64,000 bases of DNA, taken from an uncultured Solirubrobacteraceae bacterium (lineage in GTDB: Bacteria; Actinomycetota; Thermoleophilia; Solirubrobacterales; Solirubrobacteraceae). The notes under the pieces were generated by a model. That model ran no database searches and had not been told where the DNA came from. It saw only the letters and a list, made by a program, of their open reading frames with translations. Shown in pieces: positions 57,887-64,000 of this stretch. The stretch spans positions 8,582 through 72,581 of the forward strand of contig CAVXSJ010000001.1 in the NCBI GenBank assembly GCA_963764385.1. Direction: 5' to 3'. The translations under genes and the position numbers were made by a program. Each line of letters begins with the position of its first letter. Within the stretch, counting starts at the first letter, position 1.

Positions 57887-58432
57887 ATGGACTACGACCT
57901 CTCCGATCCAGCCGGCCTCGCGCACGCCTTCGACGAGCATTCCCGGGGCGTGTACACCGCGGCCTTCCGCGTGCTCGGCAACGCCACGCTGGCCCAGGAC
58001 GTCGTCCAGGACGTGTTCCTGCGGCTGTGGCGGCGCCCGAAGAGCTTCGACGCCTCGCGCGGCGAGCTCGGCGCCTACCTGCGGATGATGGCCCGCTCGC
58101 GCGCGCTGGACCTGTGGCGCGAGACGCAGGCCGCCGGCCGCGCGACCGACCGCATGAAGCTCGTCGTCGCCGACGAGGAGCCGCGCGTCGAGGACCGGCC
58201 GAGCGCGCTGGTCGAGCGCCGCGCCGAGGGCGCCACGGTGCGCGAGGCGCTCGGGCGGCTCCCGCTGCCGCAGCGCGAGGCGCTCGTGCTCGCCTACTTC
58301 GGCGGCATGACCGCCGACGAGGTCGCCCGGCGCGTCGAGATTCCCCTGGGCACCGCCAAGAGCCGGATCCGCCTCGGGCTCGAGAAGCTCCGCTCCGAGT
58401 GCGAGGTCGCCGAGCTCGCCACGGCCGCCTGA
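57887..58432 (+). CDS. ECF-type RNA polymerase sigma factor
   Basis: AAAGGA lies 8 nt before ATG 57887; the ORF is open from 57848. Region 2 is LAQDVVQDVFLRLW, and region 4 is LPLPQREALVLAYFGGMTADEVARRVEIPLGTAKSRIRLGLEKL. Confidence 0.85.
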   Translation: MDYDLSDPAGLAHAFDEHSRGVYTAAFRVLGNATLAQDVVQDVFLRLWRRPKSFDASRGELGAYLRMMARSRALDLWRETQAAGRATDRMKLVVADEEPRVEDRPSALVERRAEGATVREALGRLPLPQREALVLAYFGGMTADEVARRVEIPLGTAKSRIRLGLEKLRSECEVAELATAA

Positions 58433-58626
58433 GCGGTCTTTTCCCTGCTTTCTTGTGTGATTCGCCCCACGGGAGAGCTCGGAACGGCTGCTAGGGTCGA
58501 ACGCCAGTTCGGCCACGCCGAGCCGCGGTGACACGACGTCACTGCGGGCGGAGCGAGTTGGAACGACGGTCCGCATCGATGCGGATCGCACGCTCCGCAG
58601 GCAGACGCGGCCGATGAACCGAGGAG

Positions 58627-59307
58627 GTGCCTCGCTTGAGGCTTTCCCCGCTACGCCGCGGGCTGTTCGCCGTGGCGCTTGGAACGACCATGACCGCTGC
58701 CGGGGCCGTGCCCGCCCTCGCGCAAGCGCAGGACACGAACCAGGGCACGACACCCACCGCGATCTCGCGCGTGGGGGTCGAGAAGAAGCGCGTCAACGTG
58801 CGCGCAGGCCGACGGGCGCTCGTCACGGGCACCGTGGCACCGCGGCAGGCGGGGATGATCGCCTCGCTGCAGGTCCGCAAGAAGGGCCGCTGGATCACGC
58901 TGGACCGCGACCGGACGGGAACGTCGGGCCGCTACCGCCTGCGCGACAAGCGGACCGTCCCGATGAGCGTGCCCGTGCGCGTGCACGTGCGCGGCGGTGG
59001 AGGCGTCGTCAAGCGCGGCCTCGGCCGCATGAACGTGTACCGCAGCGCGCTGGCGTCGTGGTACGGGCCGGGCTTCTACGGCCGCCAGACGGGCTGCGGC
59101 GGCACGCTCGGCTACAGCCAGCTCGGCGTGGCGCACAAGACGCTGCCGTGCGGCACCAAGATCACGCTCCGCCACCACGGCCGGCGCGTCCGCGTGCCGG
59201 TGATCGACCGCGGCCCCTACGCGGGCGCCCGCGAGTACGACCTCACCGCCGCCACCGCCCGGAAGCTGGGCTTCCGCGGCCACGGTGGCATCGACACCAC
59301 GCGGTAG
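58627..59307 (+). CDS. Secreted RlpA-like double-psi beta-barrel (DPBB) protein
   Basis: Signal peptide ...LFAVALGTTMTAAGAVPALAQA. C-terminal DPBB: ASWYGPGFYGRQTGCGGTL...VAHKTLPCGTKITL...VPVIDRGPY. TTG 58636 is an alternative start with better spacing from GAGGAGG. Confidence 0.75.
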   Translation: MPRLRLSPLRRGLFAVALGTTMTAAGAVPALAQAQDTNQGTTPTAISRVGVEKKRVNVRAGRRALVTGTVAPRQAGMIASLQVRKKGRWITLDRDRTGTSGRYRLRDKRTVPMSVPVRVHVRGGGGVVKRGLGRMNVYRSALASWYGPGFYGRQTGCGGTLGYSQLGVAHKTLPCGTKITLRHHGRRVRVPVIDRGPYAGAREYDLTAATARKLGFRGHGGIDTTR

Positions 59308-59340
59308 ATCGCTTCCGGGCTCACCCGTACCTTTGTTCGG

Positions 59341-60427
59341 GTGAGCCCGAAGCGCGTCATCGCCCATCTCGACTGCGACGCCTTCTACGCCACCGTCGAG
59401 CTGATCCGGCGGCCCGAGCTGAAGGGCAAGCCCGTGATCGTCGCCGGCTCCGGCCCGCGCGCGGTCGTCACCACCGCCAGCTACGAGGCGCGCAAGTTCG
59501 GCGTCGGCTCCGCGATGCCCGCTTCCCGCGCCCGGCGGCTGTGCCCCGCCGCGGTCGTCATCCCGCCCGACTTCACCTCCTACCGCGAGACCTCGAAGGC
59601 CGTGTGGGCGATCGTCGGCGAGCGGCTGGACCGCCTGCAGCCGATGGGCCTCGACGAGGCGTACGCCGACCTGACCGGCGTCCCGAAGCCGCTGCGGGTG
59701 CTGCGCGAGCTGATCGACGAGGTGCGCGACAAGACCGGGATCACGATCTCGGCCGGCGTCGGGCCGTCGCGGCTGGTGGCCAAGTGCTGCAGCGACCACG
59801 GCAAGCCCGCCGGGCTGGTGGCGATGGGCCGCGAGGAGGCGTGCGAGCGGTTCGCCACGGCGCCCACCAGCCGCGTGCCCGGCATCGGCCCCAAGACCGC
59901 CGATCGCCTGGCCGAGCTGGGCCTGCGCACGATCGGCCAGCTCCAGCGCGCCGACGAGGGTGAGCTGGCCGCGCGCTTCGGCTCGCGCACGGCGCGGTTC
60001 CTGAAGGCGCGGGCGGAGTTCCACGACGACTCGCCGGTGGAGACCGAGCGGGGCGCGGCCAAGTCGCGCTCCAACGAGACGACGTTCGACACCGACATCT
60101 CCGACCTCGACGAGCTGGAGTCGGTGCTCCGGCGGCTGTCCGCGGAGCTGTGCGAAGGGCTGGTGGCGCGCGGCCGCCGCGGGCGCACGATCGCCATCAA
60201 GGTCCGCCTCGACGACTGGACGACGGTGACGCGGGCGCGCTCGGTGGAGGCGCCGACGAACGACGTCAAGCTCGTCACCGAGGTCGCGCTGGAGCTGCTG
60301 CGCGCCTACGCCCCGCCCAAGCCGGTGCGGCTGCTGGGCGTGCGGCTGGCGTCCTTCGAGGACGTACGGAGCCGCCACGGCCGCCGGCCCCGGCGGCGGT
60401 GGGCCAGCTCGGTGCTTGCCGCTCTAG
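59341..60427 (+). pseudogene. dinB: DNA polymerase IV; the last 15-25 codons or so are out of frame, so the written ORF reads through to 60933
   Basis: IAHLDCDAFYATVE, PVIVAG, ASYEARKFGV, GLDEAY(A)DLT, SAGVGPSRLVAK, GIGPKT. After ...LLGVRLASFEDV the frame has no stop. TAG 60425-60427 is in the +1 frame, and 59341..60427 is 3n+1. Confidence 0.75.
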
Positions 60428-61165
60428 TACAGCGCGGAGGCGAGCTTGCGGCGCGACTCGCGCGCCACGGGGTGCTCGACGCCGAGCTCGTCCAGCACGC
60501 CGACCACGGAGCGGCGCAGGTCGTCGCGCCGGTCGGCGTCGCTCTCGGCGGGGATCGCGGCGATCAGCCCGTCGAGGCCGGCCTCGAAGTTCCCGCCGTC
60601 GAGCGCCGCGAACGCGTCGCGGAGCGCCTCGTCGTCCTCGAGGCGCAGGCGCGCGGCGAGGCCGTCGGCGGCGAAGGAGCCGGGCACGTCGGCCAGCACG
60701 CGCCAGCGCCTCGTCGCGGTCCCCGCGCTCGGCGAGCAGCCTGGCGAGCGGGACGGCGGCGTCGGCGCGGCCCGGCTCGAGCTCCAGCGCGCGGCGCAGG
60801 TTGGCCTCGCCGCCGGCCTCCACGAGCGCCTCGGCCTCGGAGGGCGCGAGGTCGTCGAGGAACCGCTCCACCTGCGCGGGCGGCTGGGCGCCGACGAACT
60901 CGGAGACCATCGCGCCGTCGCGGAACGCCTTGACGGCCGGGATGCTCTGGATCTGGTACGCCGCGGAGACGCGCGGGTTGGCGTCGGTGTCGACCTTGGC
61001 CAGCGCGACCTTGCCGTCGCGCGCGGTGACGGCCTTCTCGAGCACCGGGGTGAGCATCCGGCACGGGCCGCACCACGCGGCCCAGAAGTCGACGATCACG
61101 GGCAGCTCGCGGGAGCGCTCGATGACGTCGCGGTCGAAGGTCTCGTCGGTGGCGTCGAAGATCAC
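60424..61165 (-). pseudogene. Thioredoxin-domain protein with a TPR-like C-terminal domain (YbbN/CnoX-like), frameshifted near 60702
   Basis: GTG 61165. VIVDFWAAWCGPCRMLTPVLE...IQSIPAVKAF sits in one frame, and the C-terminal helical part (ORF 60424..60699: ...GNFEAGLDGLIAAIP...RRKLASALY) in another. Confidence 0.75.
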
Positions 61166-61189
61166 GTCTCCCAGTCTAGGCTCTCGCGG

Positions 61190-62033
61190 ATGGCCGAGAT
61201 CAGCGTGCAGGCGGACGGCGTGACGCTCTCCGGAGACGACGCGGGGGAGGGGATCCCCGTGGTGCTGCTGCACGGGCTGACCGCCACGCGGCGCTACGTG
61301 GTGATGGGCTCGCGCGCCCTGGAGCGCGGCGGGCACCGGGTGGTCGCCTACGACGCGCGCGCCCACGGGCGCTCGACCCCCGCGCCCGAGCCGGACGCCT
61401 ACGGCTACGAGGTGCTGGCCGCCGACCTGCTGGCCGTGCTCGACGACCGTGGCATCGACCGGGCGCTGCTGGCCGGCGCCTCGATGGGCGCGCACACGCT
61501 CGTGCGCTTCGCGCTCGACCACGGCGACCGCGTGTCGGGCCTCGTCGTGGTCACGCCCGCCTTCGAGCCCGGTGACGAGGCCGAGGAGCGCCGTCTCGAG
61601 CGTGGGACAGGCTCGTCGAAGGGGTTGCGCGAGGGCGGCGTCGAGGGGTTCGTGGAGGCCTACGGAGAGCCCAACGTGCCCGAGCAGTGGCGCGAGACGG
61701 TGTTCAAGGTCCTGCGCCAGCGGCTCGCGGCGCACGAGCACCCGGAGGCGCTGGCCGACGCGCTGCGCGCGGTGCCGCGCTCGCGGCCCTTCGTCTCGTG
61801 GGAGGAGCTGGCCGAGCTCGAGGTGCCGGCCGTCGTGGTGGCCAGCCGCGACGAGGCCGATCCCGGAGCACCCCTACGCGGTCGGCGAGCGCTACGCGGA
61901 GGCGATCCCGGGCGCCGAGCTGCGCTCCGAGGAGCCGGGCTCCTCGCCGATGGCGTGGCAGGGCAGCCAGCTCTCGAAGGTGATCGCGGAGCTCGGCGCG
62001 AGGCTTGAGCCGGGGCCGCGTCAGTCGCCGTGA
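61190..62033 (+). pseudogene. Alpha/beta-fold hydrolase, frameshifted near 61866
   Basis: VVLLHGLTATRRY, nucleophile elbow GASMGA, VVASRDEADP, then a shift to ...EHPYAVGERYAEAIPGAELR (frame of ORF 61449..62033). Confidence 0.7.
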
Positions 62034-63214
62034 ACGGCGAGCGACGGCATCCGCGCCATCAGGACGACCGCGCACTCGACCACGGTCTCGCGGTCGTAGG
62101 AGGTGGCGAACCGCCAGCTGCCGTCGTCCTCGTGACGGGCCACGAAGCAGGCGCCGAAGCCCGGGCCGAGCGCGACCTCGGTCCAGGTGCCGCGGAGCGG
62201 GTCGGCGGGGGAGAGCGGGCCGCCGCGGATCCCCTCCTCTGAGGCCGCCGCGTCGCCGCCGAGCACCGCCACGAACCCGATCCGGTCCGCCAGCTCCACG
62301 TAGCGGCTCAGCTGGCCGCCGGGAAGGGGCTCGTCGTCGGGCACCGACGCCAGCAGCATCCCGGTGTGGCCGAGTGCCGCGGCCTGGTCGGTGATCATCG
62401 TCGCGCTGCGTTCCGCGAGCTCGATCGCCCCATGAGCGGGGCGCCGCCAGTTCGTCACGCGCTGGTAGGGCACGGCGTTGTCGGGCACGCCGCCGGAGCT
62501 GGTCAGCCGCAGCGCGCGGCCGGGGGCCGGGAGCTCGGCCGGCAGCGGCGCCGGCTCGCCGAGCAGGAAGCCCTGCCCGAGCGTCGCGCCCGCCGCCCGC
62601 GCGGCGGCGAGCTGCTCCTCGGAGTCGATCCCCTCGGCCAGCACGGTCGCGAGGCGGTGCTCGGCCTCGGCGCCGACGGCGGTGACGATCCGCGCCAGGT
62701 CGCTCGGGCTCGCGATCGCGCAGGAGCCGCAGGTCCAGCTTGATCACGTCCGGATACAGCACCGGCATCAGCGCCAGCGAGCGGGAGTCGCCGCCCACGT
62801 TGTCGAGCGCCACGCCCCAGCCGCGGCGCCGTAGCTCGGTGAGCGCGCGCAGCAGCGGCTCGGGACGCTCGGTGAGCGAGCGCTCGGAGACCTCCATGAT
62901 CATCGTGAAGTCGGCTCCGCGCGGGGTGCCGGGCACGTCGTCCTCCAGCGCCCCAGCGTCGGCGTTCACGAACAGGCAGAACGGCGCGCCGAGGCCCGGC
63001 GGCCTGGGCGCCCGCGATGGCGGCCTCGCGGCACGCGCGGTCCAGCTCGCCGACCTCTCCCTGTTCGCGGGCGAGCGGCGAACAGCTCATCCGGAGACAG
63101 GAAGGCCGCGCCGTTACGGCCGCGCGCAAGCGCCTCGTAGCCGACGACCCCGCCGTCGCGCAGGTCGACGATGGGCTGGAACACCGACTCGATCGTCGAT
63201 GTGTCGAACCGCAT
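62021..63214 (-). pseudogene. EAL phosphodiesterase with a DICT-like C-terminal sensor domain, broken by at least 3 frameshifts (about 63069, 62994 and 62708)
   Basis: Four frame segments: MRFDTSTIESVFQPIVDL..GYEALAR; REQGEVGELDRACREAAI; FVNADAGAL...MEVSERSL...GWGVALDNVGGD...IKLDL; then LAEGIDSEEQL...GQGFLLGEP. A DICT-like tail follows (RYVELADRIGFVAVLG...TWTEVALGPGFGACFVA). Confidence 0.7.
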
Positions 63215-63304
63215 ACGTCAGCACACCGGCTTCCGGCTTCCCACCATCAACATTCAACCGCCTGGGGAGGACCGATGCGAGCGCGGTGGTTACCGTTCGG
63301 GCGC

Positions 63305-63716
63305 ATGTCCGGCTACTCGGGCACCCCGCTGCCCCGCAAGCTCGGCATCAAGCCGGGTCACCGCCTGCTCGTGCTCGGCGCGCCCGAGGGGTTCCTGGAG
63401 ACGACGCTGGGCGAGCTGCCCGACGGCGTGACGGTGCGCCGCGCGGTCGGCGGGCACGGCGGACGTGATCGTGGCCTTCCACGACCGCCGGGCGACGCTG
63501 GCACGGCGGCTGCCGGGCCTGCGCGAGCGGATGGAGCCCGCCGCCGGGCTGTGGATCGCGTGGCCCAAGCGCGCCTCGGGCGTGGCGACCGACATCACCG
63601 AGGACGTGGTGCGCGAGCTCGCCCTCGCGCACCGGCTGGTGGACAACAAGGTGTGCGCGATCGACGACACCTGGAGCGGGCTGCGGCTCGTCATCCGCCT
63701 CGTGGACCGCGTGTAG
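63305..63716 (+). pseudogene. DUF3052-family protein, frameshifted near 63458
   Basis: MSGYSGTPLPRKLGIKPGHRLLVLGAPEGF... sits in one frame. ...DVIVAFHDRRATLARRLPGLRERMEPAAGLWIAWPKRASGVATDITED... sits in the frame of ORF 63465..63716. Confidence 0.6.
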
Positions 63717-63759
63717 TCGCTGTGACCTGTGTCCTGGCCGACCCGCTACCGTCCCCGCG

Positions 63760-64000
63760 ATGAGCGAGCCGCTGCCGGAGGACCAGCGTCTCGTCGAGCT
63801 GTCGCCGAAGGCCTACGAGCATCCGGCCGACCGCGCGGCGACCGCGGCGCTGCAGAGCATCCCGATGCTCGACCAGGTGGTCCGCAGGCTGATCGAGTAC
63901 GGCTACGAGCGCGCGCTGCGCCAGGTGTTCATGGGCGGCTCCGTGAAGCTCGGCACCGACCAGCTCCCCGAGGTGTGGGCTGCGCACCGCGCCGCGCTCG
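63760..64000 (+). CDS. N-terminal part of a probable M48-family peptidase-like protein (3' end outside the window)
   Basis: ATG 63760, open to the window end. AYEHPADRAATAALQSIPMLDQVVRRLIEYGYERALRQVFMGGSVKLG resembles, from memory, the pre-HExxH region of actinobacterial M48 proteins. The catalytic motif is not in the window. Confidence 0.35.
   Translation, partial: MSEPLPEDQRLVELSPKAYEHPADRAATAALQSIPMLDQVVRRLIEYGYERALRQVFMGGSVKLGTDQLPEVWAAHRAAL

Noticed and set aside
58433-58626. Possible ydaO-type c-di-AMP riboswitch upstream of the RlpA-like cell-wall gene.
   Set aside because: Partial resemblances appear in the right order (ACGGGAGAGC, AGGGUCGAAC, CCGAGCC). However, the near-invariant CAGCUAACCUCG pseudoknot segment is absent. 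This needs a covariance-model scan before any claim.
61590-61640. Possible compensated micro-frameshift in the alpha/beta hydrolase (LERGTGSSKGLREGG versus an alternative reading LE-WDRLVEG-LREGG).
   Set aside because: This rests only on my impression of what the family usually encodes. The written frame is uninterrupted, so the evidence is insufficient.

Overview
This is a very GC-rich chromosomal segment (by eye well above 70% G+C, with third codon positions almost always G/C) from an Actinomycetota-type bacterium.

**Gene content.** The backbone is core housekeeping synteny:
- murA | hisZ-G-D-B-H-A ... hisF
- pgeF-yggS ... sepF-proC-yggT-lspA-rluD
- rpsB-tsf-pyrH-frr-uppS-cdsA
- dxr-rseP ... 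ispG
- sodA / proS-pgsA-(RsiG-like)-FHA-MerR-apt

A short 202-aa EF-Ts and a single-motif RsiG-like protein hint at a deep-branching class such as Thermoleophilia or Rubrobacteria; this is inference only. I can support about 70 protein genes. I saw no rRNA, tRNA, CRISPR array, transposase or integrase.

**What stands out.**
1. An accessory block of about 11 kb sits between rseP and ispG. It carries a fatty-acid CoA ligase, Tat-PhoD, an NPP-type phosphodiesterase and paralogous arginine-rich beta-sandwich modules. It also carries an orphan polymorphic-toxin-like gene of about 1,340 aa with an overlapping candidate immunity gene.
2. About 20 single-nucleotide frame disruptions occur in otherwise recognisable genes, including both large c-di-GMP turnover genes, while long housekeeping stretches are clean. 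This means either an indel-prone assembly or real gene decay.

**Limits.** Because of the GC content, the six-frame track contains many long spurious antisense Arg/Pro/Ala-rich ORFs, and I ignored these. All family assignments come from reading the translations and recalling motifs. No searches were run.
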